From: a virus
IMG/VR virus record: IMGVR_UViG_3300023184_000034
Span: 64,001 to 128,000 of that record
Length of the DNA stretch: 64,000 bases
Reading direction: 5' to 3' (one strand)
The position numbers and the translations under genes were made by a program. The notes beneath the pieces are model-generated. The model was not told the origin of the DNA and did not search any database. It saw only the letters and a program-made list of their open reading frames with translations. Of this stretch, positions 46,596-55,922 are shown piece by piece. The first letter of the stretch is position 1. Every line of letters starts with the position of its first letter.

Positions 46596-46822
46596 TTTTT
46601 AATTCCTCTAAATCCTGTGCCTACAGCAACTTCACCACCCATGAACTTGGGCAAACTAAACCATAACTTAAACCATTCTTCGGTTCCGGGTTTGATATTC
46701 TGCTCACGCATTATAACTGCTTTTTCAGTACCAGTTACACTGATGTTGCTTCCGTCATAAGGTTGCAGGCCTTTAAATTCCTTAATGCCTGCTAACTTTT
46801 TAAGACGTGCTAATTCATCCAT
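46592..46822 (-). CDS. Small phage protein beginning MDELARLKKLAG
   Basis: NIKPGTEEWFKLWF segment; coupled to dps by TAATG. Confidence 0.65.
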   Translation of the reverse strand: MDELARLKKLAGIKEFKGLQPYDGSNISVTGTEKAVIMREQNIKPGTEEWFKLWFSLPKFMGGEVAVGTGFRGIKK

Positions 46823-47259
46823 TATTTCAAACTGGACCTTAACATCCAGCTGTGCTTTTTATGTGCATCTTGGCGATCTGCTAAAAAGTTACTCAACCCA
46901 TGATCTCCAGCTTGTTCAGCCATGTCAAATGTGATGCGGAATATATTAGCCATACGCTCGCTATCTTCTAACAACTCACTCAGCATGCCACTCCAATCAG
47001 GCACAGCGTTTTCATCTTCAACTTTGGTAAGCATACTGAACTTGGCTAGGCTTGCTGGTGTGTAAATCTGTAATGCACGTAGGTGTTCCGCAAATGGATC
47101 CACAGCACCATATACTTCTTCATATATGGTTTGAAATAAGTTGTGCAGTTGAGCAAACAACGGACCCTCCACATTCCAATGGAAATTATGTGCTTTTAAA
47201 TAAAAACTAAATTCGCTGGCAAACGCTGTTTTCAATGCCAAGTGATATTTCTCGTCCAT
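46822..47259 (-). CDS. dps: Dps ferritin-like DNA protection protein
   Basis: KAHNFHWNVEG..F..LH..F...Y, D..AE, HKKHSWML. Confidence 0.92.
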   Translation of the reverse strand: MDEKYHLALKTAFASEFSFYLKAHNFHWNVEGPLFAQLHNLFQTIYEEVYGAVDPFAEHLRALQIYTPASLAKFSMLTKVEDENAVPDWSGMLSELLEDSERMANIFRITFDMAEQAGDHGLSNFLADRQDAHKKHSWMLRSSLK

Positions 47260-47261
47260 GA

Positions 47262-48332
47262 TTAAATTCCGTATTTGTTCTTTTTAATTTTTGCCACTGC
47301 ACTGGTTTTATTAACATCAGCAGTTTCTAAACTTCGATTGTTACTCCATGTCTGTCGCTTACCGCCACCTACTTGTTTAGCGGCAGCATTGATCATATCG
47401 TTTTCTTCTTCAGTGTAGGGTGCTAGTAATGGATCTCCACCGATCCAATTGTCTGCTTCAATTTTTGTGGGATAATCAGGAGCACCTGCCAATGCAATAC
47501 CCATCCTGTACCCCATATATGCACTACCAGTACTTTGATTCATTGAAGGAAATGTTGTTGCATTTTTAATTGCGGCCTTATGATGTCCGTGCATCTTTTG
47601 TGTGCCACCGTGACCTTCTCTTAATGATCTTGCCAACGCATTGGCTTCCTTCAAAGATACATCTGGTTCGGCTTTTTCTTTTTTTGCTCGCACCTTGGGC
47701 TTGCTGAAATCTTGCATGCGTGTTTGTGCTTTTTGCATCAAATCTCTTACTTCGTCATCATCCAGTTCGGGGTTCATTGCATCACGCCAAACAGCAAACT
47801 TTTCGTCATCACTCTTGCTTGGATCCATTAACACATCTCGCATGGGCGTGGCACGTGGCCCTTCTTGTTCACGACTTGGATCGTTGGTTTCTTGACGAGC
47901 AATCACATTTAAACTGTTAAAACTAAACGGAATTCTGCCAGCTTTGTCTGGAACTCCGTTATACTGCTTGACATAACTTAAACCTTTGACTTGATCTTCT
48001 CCCACTACCACAGTTACATCAGTATAACCGTGATGGTCGAGTTTTGTTAACACACGAGTTAAATCAGGCATATCATCTGTGGCAGTGTGAAAAATATGTC
48101 CGTGAGCTGGAAATACTTTTTTATAAATCTGCATTTTTTCTTCTGGCTTGATTGGATCGTCTTTGCCCACTGTGCGGCTAACAACAAAGTAAGGATCAGC
48201 ACCTTGTTCGTCTGCTTGTGTGATAACACTGCTGGCCAGATACATGTGACCTTTGTGACCCATGCCACGCCCCCAGCCCACCACAGCAGCTTTGCCTTCC
48301 CCAGTGCGATTAAGAAATTCACGTAACAACAT
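47262..48332 (-). CDS. HIGH-superfamily (cytidylyltransferase-like) nucleotidyltransferase with an extra C-terminal domain
   Basis: VVGWGRGMGHKGH, VVVGEDQ, YNG, RATPMR; N-terminal tag MLLREFL. Confidence 0.7.
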   Translation of the reverse strand: MLLREFLNRTGEGKAAVVGWGRGMGHKGHMYLASSVITQADEQGADPYFVVSRTVGKDDPIKPEEKMQIYKKVFPAHGHIFHTATDDMPDLTRVLTKLDHHGYTDVTVVVGEDQVKGLSYVKQYNGVPDKAGRIPFSFNSLNVIARQETNDPSREQEGPRATPMRDVLMDPSKSDDEKFAVWRDAMNPELDDDEVRDLMQKAQTRMQDFSKPKVRAKKEKAEPDVSLKEANALARSLREGHGGTQKMHGHHKAAIKNATTFPSMNQSTGSAYMGYRMGIALAGAPDYPTKIEADNWIGGDPLLAPYTEEENDMINAAAKQVGGGKRQTWSNNRSLETADVNKTSAVAKIKKNKYGI

Positions 48333-50230
48333 TAGTCTTTCCTCGGAGCCCAGTTGGCCTGGTCAATGGTTTTTACAAACTGTCCAGGCAAATCATTTTT
48401 AAATTTACCACCCGGATGTGCTTGTACATATCCTTCTGGTTTTGTTTGACGAATACCGCCGTGTGTGCCTGAACTCAATGTGTTGATAACTTTCATCTTT
48501 TCGTGTGTTAGTAATTCAACAGCACTCAACACAGCATCTAATCCAGGATGACTCAACACTTTTTGTGCTTGTGTATTGCTTAGTTTTGCAGTGGCCCATT
48601 CTCTAAATTTCTGTTTAACACCAGCCACACGTAAATTTTGATTAAAGAAACTGTACAACACATCGCCAGGTTTGCTTAGTCCAGGCTGACCCGCAATAAA
48701 GCTATCTATAGCAGCCTTGTTTTGTTTGATGTATGACTCGGCGTGTTTTAATCCAGTGTTGTCAACTTTGGGTGCATTTTCAACATATGTTGTGCCTTGT
48801 ACAATAACATCACCGTTGGATAATTTTTCAGCATTGGGATAACGTGTTTCATCTGCACCAATGTGTGTGTAGTAACCAGTTGCAGCCACCATAACTTTTG
48901 ATCTAGAAATTTTCTTACCCAGTGCGCTGCCTACTGGAATATGGAAACTTGTTATGTTGGGAGTGAAATCATATTCATTGGTACTGGGATTTAACACAGC
49001 TGGCTTTAAAGGACTAAACAGTATCCCACCTTCGATATATCCTGATTTGGGACTGATGCTTTCAAAGTAAGGCCATAGGTCTGCAAGTCCTTGAGCAAAT
49101 GCTTTGCGTTGATCTTCTTGTCCGGGTTGTGCTGTGCCTGTGCCCAACACAAACATGGCCACATCGTCCGGGTCGTTCATCATGGTGGTAACACCACTCT
49201 TGGTATGAGTGGTGCCGCGCTTCATGTAGTCCCATGCGTTCTTTGGAAACATGTGAAATTTGCCATGCTCGTCTCGACCCCAGTATACCACAGGACTTCC
49301 GTCCCATTTTAATTCTATACCTTTGCCTTTGGCAGTCATGTCACGCAGTCGTTCAACTGCATGTAAACCACCCACACTGCCATCAGTGAAAACCAAATCT
49401 TCAATGTGTTGATACTTGCGGCCCACAGCTGCTTCCAACAATGATGTGGCTGGACCACGTAACGGAGCAGCTGACCAACTGGACCCAGATGTTGCAGCAT
49501 CATGTACTTGTTGTTTTAATGCAGGATCTTTAATTGCTGACATGATACTTTCTGCACTGCCAAGATCATTACCAGTGTGTCCAGGCCCTAATAATAGTGT
49601 GGCTATTTCATCCCAACTATCGGACAACAAGTCTGCTTTCTTTCTAGCAGCATCTCTTGCGTACAGTCCTTCGTCTGGGCTCCACAGCATGTTCTTAGCA
49701 CTGGCCAACGCACTCATCACCACTTGCTTGTGTACACCCTTGTATGGACTACCCTTGGGTATCTGATGTTGATGGAACTTGGATACTTTCTCAGCTTTAC
49801 GAACAACTTTGATATCACACTGATAAAATTGTCCGTTGTATGGAAATTTAATGTGTACAGTTACCCCAGCTTTATAAGTTGCTGGAACACCATTGTCTAA
49901 TAAAAATTGTTCCAGAGCGTTTCTAGCGGCCTTGTCATCGTCAGCCAACTTCTTGCTCTGAGGAATTTTAAAATATTGTTTAACTTGATCCATGTCGCAG
50001 CTAACATCCAAGTCACCTGTTGGATGTTCTGGTGTAGGGTCTGTGTTGGCACCACTGCCTTGTACATACAACGGAAAACCTGCTTTGCGAAGATACTTCT
50101 TAACTTGCGATAACAGTGCTTGTACTATATCCGGAGTAGGATAAAACTCCACAGTTTCAGGCCAGATGTTGCCACCACCTTCTTTGAGAATAGGCTTTCT
50201 AACATTAGAAAATAATTCACGTAGTAACAT
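48332..50230 (-). CDS. Fusion of a Pol-beta-superfamily nucleotidyltransferase and an RNA-ligase-like (KxDG) domain
   Basis: N domain GS..GDLDV..YQCD; C domain HIEDL, LKWDGSP, IEGGILF, PEGYV, FVK; start MLLRELF. Confidence 0.65.
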   Translation of the reverse strand: MLLRELFSNVRKPILKEGGGNIWPETVEFYPTPDIVQALLSQVKKYLRKAGFPLYVQGSGANTDPTPEHPTGDLDVSCDMDQVKQYFKIPQSKKLADDDKAARNALEQFLLDNGVPATYKAGVTVHIKFPYNGQFYQCDIKVVRKAEKVSKFHQHQIPKGSPYKGVHKQVVMSALASAKNMLWSPDEGLYARDAARKKADLLSDSWDEIATLLLGPGHTGNDLGSAESIMSAIKDPALKQQVHDAATSGSSWSAAPLRGPATSLLEAAVGRKYQHIEDLVFTDGSVGGLHAVERLRDMTAKGKGIELKWDGSPVVYWGRDEHGKFHMFPKNAWDYMKRGTTHTKSGVTTMMNDPDDVAMFVLGTGTAQPGQEDQRKAFAQGLADLWPYFESISPKSGYIEGGILFSPLKPAVLNPSTNEYDFTPNITSFHIPVGSALGKKISRSKVMVAATGYYTHIGADETRYPNAEKLSNGDVIVQGTTYVENAPKVDNTGLKHAESYIKQNKAAIDSFIAGQPGLSKPGDVLYSFFNQNLRVAGVKQKFREWATAKLSNTQAQKVLSHPGLDAVLSAVELLTHEKMKVINTLSSGTHGGIRQTKPEGYVQAHPGGKFKNDLPGQFVKTIDQANWAPRKD

Positions 50231-50604
50231 TATATACCCTTGTACTTGCCAGCTTGTATGTGTTCTTGTATATCGTCGTGCATTTTGGAACAAGCTTCTT
50301 TGCACATCTTTTCTTCTAATTCATCGGGCAATTCACGTATGGGGAATTTTTCTTTGTACTGTTTATAGCATTCTTTTATGGCTTCGGCAAACATGGTGGC
50401 TTGTACCGGCTTCTTGGCATTGACCAAATCTAAACATTTAACTAAAACTGGAAAAACGTGACGACGGTATATATGGTCGTCGTTGTGCATGAAATGCAAC
50501 AAGTCTTCTATTAGATCGTAGTCTAACTCACGTTTATCGCCATGTTGTTTAACATATGCTAATTCTTTAAAATTAGCGTTTTCTAATAACTCTTTTATAA
50601 GCAT
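50230..50604 (-). CDS. Hypothetical protein with MLIKELLE tag
   Basis: DL..DL.HFMHNDD..YRR segment; ATAAATA at 50638-50644. Confidence 0.65.
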   Translation of the reverse strand: MLIKELLENANFKELAYVKQHGDKRELDYDLIEDLLHFMHNDDHIYRRHVFPVLVKCLDLVNAKKPVQATMFAEAIKECYKQYKEKFPIRELPDELEEKMCKEACSKMHDDIQEHIQAGKYKGI

Positions 50605-50663
50605 TTTTATTCCCAACAGAATACTCTGGATTTAGAGTATTTATCGCTTTTACGATCATTAGG

Positions 50664-51287
50664 CTATGCTTTGATAATGCGAGAAACCTTGGATATACTA
50701 CCGCCAAGGTGCATTTTTGACATGAGTAAGTTGTTATCACCTGTTACATAGAAGTGTGTACCGCCCCAACTGCGATTCCTTGTCAAGGCTGCTATACAAC
50801 TCTTTGTTAGTTTGAGTTTTTTATTACATGATGCCCATGATATAAATGCACTGTGTTCCTGTGTAGTTTTACCCAGCGTCACTCGGAAATCGTAGTTCAT
50901 CTTGGGCATAATCACAGTATCAGAACTCAGTGACACATTGGCCGGCGGCGCACAAACATACTTGACCCTGTTGCTGTCCAACTTTGCTAAATCATCTATA
51001 TGACTTTTATTATTTGTGTACACAGTAATCCATGGGTTTTCTATCCTGATATTTAAATCAACCGATATAGACAACACTTTATACAGAGACAACGCATAGT
51101 CCTTGTCTTCAAAACTTTTAAAACTTAGAGATCCAGGCCGAGAACTTGGAGAAATGCTACTTTTTTGCAACATGTTCAAACAGTGTTGCCAATCACCGTT
51201 GCGAAAGAAGTGTGCATTGGAACACACCAACACTATCTTGTATTGGTATATCCCCATGAACAACTTGCTAGTGGTTTTAACTAACAT
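50664..51287 (-). CDS. Hypothetical protein
   Basis: 207-aa ORF overlapping the clpA end. Confidence 0.6.
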   Translation of the reverse strand: MLVKTTSKLFMGIYQYKIVLVCSNAHFFRNGDWQHCLNMLQKSSISPSSRPGSLSFKSFEDKDYALSLYKVLSISVDLNIRIENPWITVYTNNKSHIDDLAKLDSNRVKYVCAPPANVSLSSDTVIMPKMNYDFRVTLGKTTQEHSAFISWASCNKKLKLTKSCIAALTRNRSWGGTHFYVTGDNNLLMSKMHLGGSISKVSRIIKA

Positions 51288-53556
51288 TCATCTCAACCAA
51301 CGAAGTAGTGGAATCCACTGTTAGCAACGGCGTTTTTGATTCCTTGGGAGTTGACAACAACACCAACTTGTCGTCTTGAACTGTGATGTTTAGTACTCCG
51401 CCGTTCTTTAAATTACCAAACAACATGAGCTTTGCCATCGGACGTTTGATTTCCTTGTCAATCACACGTTGTAACGGACGTGCGCCCATCTTGGGATCAA
51501 AACCTTTGGTAATAAGCCAGTTAGTACTTTCCTTATCTAACTTGATACGAATGCCTTTTTCTTTAACTTGAGCACGTAACTCATCCATAAATTTAACAAT
51601 AACCTTGGTCATAGACTCTTTGCCCAACTTGTTAAAAGTCATAATACCATCCAATCGATTACGGAACTCTGGTGTAAAGAATTTCTTCAAATCTGCATCA
51701 CTGTAATCTTTTTCCTGTGCGCCAAAACCAATGGCATTCTTTTCCGCAGATTGTGCGCCAGCATTGGTAGTGAGGATAAGAATCAAATTACGGCAATCTG
51801 CTTGTTTGCCATTTGACCCTGTGACAAAACCGTTATCCATCATTTGCAACAACACAGTTGTGACATCTGGATGCGATTTTTCAACTTCATCAAACAACAA
51901 CACTGCATTTGGATTCTCTTGAATCTGTGTGATTAGCAATCCAGCGTTCTCCTCAAACCCCACATAGCCAGGAGGACTACCGATCAGTTTGGAAATGCTG
52001 TGCTTTTCTTGGTATTCTGACATGTCAAATCTCAACAACTTGACACTCAAGTGCTTGGCCAGTGATTTGGCAGTTTCGGTCTTGCCGCAACCCGTGGGCC
52101 CCATGAACACAAATGATCCAATGGGTTTATTTTCTGATTTTAATCCAGCCTGCGCCACCATGATCTTATCCACAACTTCTGTAAGAGCAAGATCTTGCCC
52201 GTAAACTTCACGTTGCAAGTTTTCTTGTAGCATGGAAAGATTGCTGGATTCTGTTTCCATGATCTTTTCTTCAGGCATTTGAATCATCTTGGCCAGTTCA
52301 AACTGAATTTCACGCTCGCCAATGATTCGATCATCTGCAAGTTTGAGATTAAAACGACTACATGCCAAATCGATCAAGTCAATTGCTTTGTCTGGCAACT
52401 TCTTGTCTGTTTGATATTTGACTGACAATTTAATAGCAGCATCCAGTGCATCATCACGTATTTTAACCTTGTGGAAACCTTCGTAGTATTTCTTAATACC
52501 TTTGAGGATTTGTTTGGTAACTTCCACGGTGGGCTCGTCAACTGTGATGCGTTGAAACCTGCGCATCAGCGCACGATCCTTTTCAAAGTGCTTGCGATAT
52601 TCTTCCCATGTGGTTGATGCAATGACTTTGATGTTGCCTTTGCTCAGTGCAGGTTTCATCATGTTGGCAAGGTCGTTTGAACTGTTGCCACCTGCGCCAG
52701 CACCACTAATCATGTGAGCTTCGTCGATAAACAACACAGTTTTGCCTTTCTTCTGCAATGCCTTAATAACATGCTTGAATCTTTCTTCAAAGTCTCCACG
52801 ATACTTGCTGCCAGCCAGCATAGCACTGATATCTAAACTGTAAACTTTGTATTCTTTGAGAAATTCTGGAACAGCACCATTCACAATATTGTGTGCAAGG
52901 CCTTCAGCAATAGCAGTCTTGCCCACGCCAGGATCACCAACTAAAATCACATTATTTTTATTGCGACGACCCAATGCCAGTGCAATATTTTCTAATTCGT
53001 CAATACGACCAATAACTGGATCAATCTTTTGTTTTTCAACCATGTCGTTTAGATTGGTTGTAAACGCACGAAGTGCTCTGTCGCTTTGATTGTCTGTGCC
53101 AGATTCTTCTTCAGATTCTTCAGAATTGCTGTTATTAACAAAGTCATTGAACTTGTCTTTATCGATTTTGGCCTTTTGGATGTAATAATGTGCCCAGCTG
53201 CGTTTTTCACCAATCATGCTCATGAACACATCAGTGGGTTCAATACGTTGCCTACCGTTAAACAACACTTGTGTAAATGCACGATTAAGCACACGCTCTA
53301 CACTTTGAGTTTTCTTTGGTTTAACAACCACATCAGTGATGGTGATTTCTTGACACTTGTTGTGCAAATAATCTGTTAGATCATTTTTAAGTTCGTCAAG
53401 ATTTGCGCCAAATCCTGTGATCACGTTTCCAAATGGTTCCTCCAACAACATGGCATACAATAAATGTTCTATTGTAAGATACTCGTGATGAAGTTTTTTA
53501 GCTGTATCAATTGCTTTTTCAAATACCGCTTGTAGGTTATCACTTGGTTCAACCAT
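51277..53556 (-). CDS. clpA: ClpA-type double AAA+ chaperone/unfoldase
   Basis: HEYLTIEHLL N-domain, GDPGVGKT, GPTGCGKT, IGF ClpP-docking loop, MGARPL. Confidence 0.93.
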   Translation of the reverse strand: MVEPSDNLQAVFEKAIDTAKKLHHEYLTIEHLLYAMLLEEPFGNVITGFGANLDELKNDLTDYLHNKCQEITITDVVVKPKKTQSVERVLNRAFTQVLFNGRQRIEPTDVFMSMIGEKRSWAHYYIQKAKIDKDKFNDFVNNSNSEESEEESGTDNQSDRALRAFTTNLNDMVEKQKIDPVIGRIDELENIALALGRRNKNNVILVGDPGVGKTAIAEGLAHNIVNGAVPEFLKEYKVYSLDISAMLAGSKYRGDFEERFKHVIKALQKKGKTVLFIDEAHMISGAGAGGNSSNDLANMMKPALSKGNIKVIASTTWEEYRKHFEKDRALMRRFQRITVDEPTVEVTKQILKGIKKYYEGFHKVKIRDDALDAAIKLSVKYQTDKKLPDKAIDLIDLACSRFNLKLADDRIIGEREIQFELAKMIQMPEEKIMETESSNLSMLQENLQREVYGQDLALTEVVDKIMVAQAGLKSENKPIGSFVFMGPTGCGKTETAKSLAKHLSVKLLRFDMSEYQEKHSISKLIGSPPGYVGFEENAGLLITQIQENPNAVLLFDEVEKSHPDVTTVLLQMMDNGFVTGSNGKQADCRNLILILTTNAGAQSAEKNAIGFGAQEKDYSDADLKKFFTPEFRNRLDGIMTFNKLGKESMTKVIVKFMDELRAQVKEKGIRIKLDKESTNWLITKGFDPKMGARPLQRVIDKEIKRPMAKLMLFGNLKNGGVLNITVQDDKLVLLSTPKESKTPLLTVDSTTSLVEMNVS

Positions 53557-54049
53557 TACGTTTTCCTTTTCTCTTTAATAATTTCTTTTTAGCTAATGAC
53601 AATTTTAATGGACTAATATTGTCTATAAAACAAACACCATCCAAGTGGTCTAGTTCATGTTGAAAACATCTTGAATCTATTCCAGTTAGTTCTATTATAC
53701 ATTCTTTGTTTTGTCTGTCAATGTATCTGACTGTAATATTGTTATGTCTGGGTACTTTTAAAATTAGTCCAGGAAAGCTCAAGCATCCTTCTTCTCCAGT
53801 GACCATATTGTTATCTCCCCACAATATCGATGGATTGAACATACAAAACGGTACTTGATTTGTCAAGTGTATGGCAAAAACTCGTTTAAGTAAACCAACT
53901 TGATTGGCCGCTAATCCCCTGCCGTGACTCACAACCATAAGTTGAACCATGTCAACTTCTAAATTGGCCGGGTTCTGATCTTTTTCAAAATCCCAACGTT
54001 CTGCAGTTTGTTTTAGAATAAGATCAGACGACTCTATTAATTTCAGCAT
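53549..54049 (-). CDS. def: Peptide deformylase
   Basis: GLAANQVG, EGCLS, QHELDH. Confidence 0.95.
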   Translation of the reverse strand: MLKLIESSDLILKQTAERWDFEKDQNPANLEVDMVQLMVVSHGRGLAANQVGLLKRVFAIHLTNQVPFCMFNPSILWGDNNMVTGEEGCLSFPGLILKVPRHNNITVRYIDRQNKECIIELTGIDSRCFQHELDHLDGVCFIDNISPLKLSLAKKKLLKRKGKRNG

Positions 54050-54884
54050 CCAGCGCCCTTAGTTTTGCTATTAAATTTTGGTCAGTAATTATTGGTGTTT
54101 TAATTTTGACCACACTGACAAATCTTCCCTTTCCTCCATTATTTACATTTGTGAAGCCAGTTCCGTGGCTAGCAAACTCAACTCCAGTTTCTACGCCTGC
54201 ACGTATATCGATCTCCATGCGGTCACCTGATATATTACTAACAGTTTTTTTACAACCCAGCATGGCTTCAATGGGAGATATTTCTATGTTGGTATACAAA
54301 TCATCGCCTCGACGTTCAAACTTGGGATCTGCTTGCACTAAAATTGTCACGTTAAGGTTACCACGTTGCATTTGAGGAATGGAATCGTCTCCTAGCCCGT
54401 TGTATCTAATGGTGTCGCCGTTGGTGATTCCAGGCGGCACATTGATCTTAACTGACTGATTACGGCCACTGGGTAATTGGAAATTAGCTTCAAGTTGTTT
54501 GCCAAGATATGAATCTACCAAGCTAACTTGACACTGGATGTTTAAATCTCGATTTTTCCTTACTCCTCGCATTTGCCCAAATATATCTCCAAACGGATGG
54601 CCAGCCCCGCCAAACATTTGTCCAAAAGGATCCTGACCACCTCCAAACGGATTTCCAGTATGAAAGTGGAATTGTGGTTGATCACCGTACATACGTTTTT
54701 GGTCGTATTCGGTTTTTTTGTTAGCATCGCTCAATGTGTCGTATGCCACACTGATATCTTTGAATTTGGCTTGGTCGCCGCCCTTGTCCGGATGGTGCTT
54801 GTTGGCCAGGCTTCGATATGCTTTTTTAATTTGTTCTGGGTCAGCGTCTGCGCCAACACCTAGTGTTTGGTAATAGTCAGTCAT
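54024..54884 (-). CDS. dnaJ: DnaJ/CbpA-type (class B) co-chaperone
   Basis: J-domain with HPD, G/F region, C-terminal domain; no Zn finger. Confidence 0.92.
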   Translation of the reverse strand: MTDYYQTLGVGADADPEQIKKAYRSLANKHHPDKGGDQAKFKDISVAYDTLSDANKKTEYDQKRMYGDQPQFHFHTGNPFGGGQDPFGQMFGGAGHPFGDIFGQMRGVRKNRDLNIQCQVSLVDSYLGKQLEANFQLPSGRNQSVKINVPPGITNGDTIRYNGLGDDSIPQMQRGNLNVTILVQADPKFERRGDDLYTNIEISPIEAMLGCKKTVSNISGDRMEIDIRAGVETGVEFASHGTGFTNVNNGGKGRFVSVVKIKTPIITDQNLIAKLRALDAEINRVV

Positions 54885-54890
54885 AGTCGT

Positions 54891-54944
54891 AAAAAAGGCT
54901 CCATTAATAGTATTAATTATACTATCTTAAATGGAGCCTGTCAA
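54891..54944 (-). promoter_or_regulatory. Consensus sigma70 promoter embedded in an intrinsic terminator
   Basis: TTGACA-17-TATAAT; stem AGGCTCCATT...AATGGAGCCT followed by TTTTT encloses the -10 element. Confidence 0.8.
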
Positions 54945-54952
54945 TGATTTGA

Positions 54953-55162
54953 TTATTTCTTTTCTGGAACCTTGTCACCTTCTACTTTCTTGTGAACTTT
55001 GATTTTTTTACAATCTTCGGCTTGCTTACCAGTCTTCTTGTTCATCACAGCTTTGCCTTCTTTGTCAACTCGCGGTGTGCAAACTTCTTTAGTTTCCCCG
55101 CCAGCAACTGCTGGGCTAGACAATACCAAACATAAACCTGCTACAAATATAACATTTTTCAT
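54953..55162 (-). CDS. Small exported basic protein (signal peptide, two Cys)
   Basis: MKNVIFVAGLCLVLSSPAVA signal peptide; Lys-rich. Confidence 0.65.
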   Translation of the reverse strand: MKNVIFVAGLCLVLSSPAVAGGETKEVCTPRVDKEGKAVMNKKTGKQAEDCKKIKVHKKVEGDKVPEKK

Positions 55163-55164
55163 TT

Positions 55165-55287
55165 TTATGATCCTCTCTTAGCTATTATAGCTTGAATTTT
55201 TTCTTGGATGATCTTTGCCCAAACCGGTTGTGGCAAATTCCAACCAACAAATGCTCCCACTGCTATCCAAAATAATATATCTAACAT
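55165..55287 (-). CDS. 40-aa membrane micro-protein (not in the ORF track)
   Basis: AAGGA RBS; MLDILFWIAVGAFVGWNLPQPVWAKIIQEKIQAIIAKRGS*; fills the intergenic gap. Confidence 0.65.
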   Translation of the reverse strand: MLDILFWIAVGAFVGWNLPQPVWAKIIQEKIQAIIAKRGS

Positions 55288-55299
55288 ATGCTGTTTCCT

Positions 55300-55914
55300 T
55301 TATAGAACTGGTTGGTCAAAATCTGGAACGATTTTTTTACCACTTGCTGTTGTAGTTATTGCGGTTGCCCCACCAAACCCTGCGTTTGGAGATGAGCCTC
55401 CAAAGCCGCCTCCGCTAAAGCTACTCGGTGTTGGTGAACTAAAACCACCGGAGTTGCCGAAGCCTCCTGATTGCGGTTGGCCAAATGTTGATGACACGCC
55501 CTGAAATCCTGTTGTTGCTGTGCCTGACCCGCCATAGTTGTTTCCTCCAAAACTGCCTTGTTGTCCACTACCAAAACCACCAGCAACATTACCGGCCATG
55601 TTGTTAGTTACTGTTTGACTCGTAGAAGTTGGGTTTGCCGCTGTGCCTGCTAGTTTTTCTTGTGTACGGCCAAACGCCGCAATGCCTAAAACTGCGCCCA
55701 TTGCAATGTGGAACAGGCCAGCACCTTGAAGTGTTAAAGGATTCCATTGTGTAATTGGCATGTGCATAAATGCTTGTAGTAACGACCAGCAAACTGGGAA
55801 TATAGCCATGTCTAACAAACATATTAACATGTACATCCAGCCCATAGCTGGACGCCACAATTTCTGCATCCAATCACTACTGCTACTGCTATCTTTTTCT
55901 TTATCTGCCATCAC
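55300..55914 (-). CDS. Holin-like membrane protein (WRP.MGW type) with Gly/Ser/Phe-rich tail
   Basis: WRPAMGWMY..D..IFP, FHIAMGAVLG..GRTQEK; in the lysis cassette. Confidence 0.65.
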   Translation of the reverse strand: MMADKEKDSSSSSDWMQKLWRPAMGWMYMLICLLDMAIFPVCWSLLQAFMHMPITQWNPLTLQGAGLFHIAMGAVLGIAAFGRTQEKLAGTAANPTSTSQTVTNNMAGNVAGGFGSGQQGSFGGNNYGGSGTATTGFQGVSSTFGQPQSGGFGNSGGFSSPTPSSFSGGGFGGSSPNAGFGGATAITTTASGKKIVPDFDQPVL

Positions 55915-55922
55915 CAGCTCCT

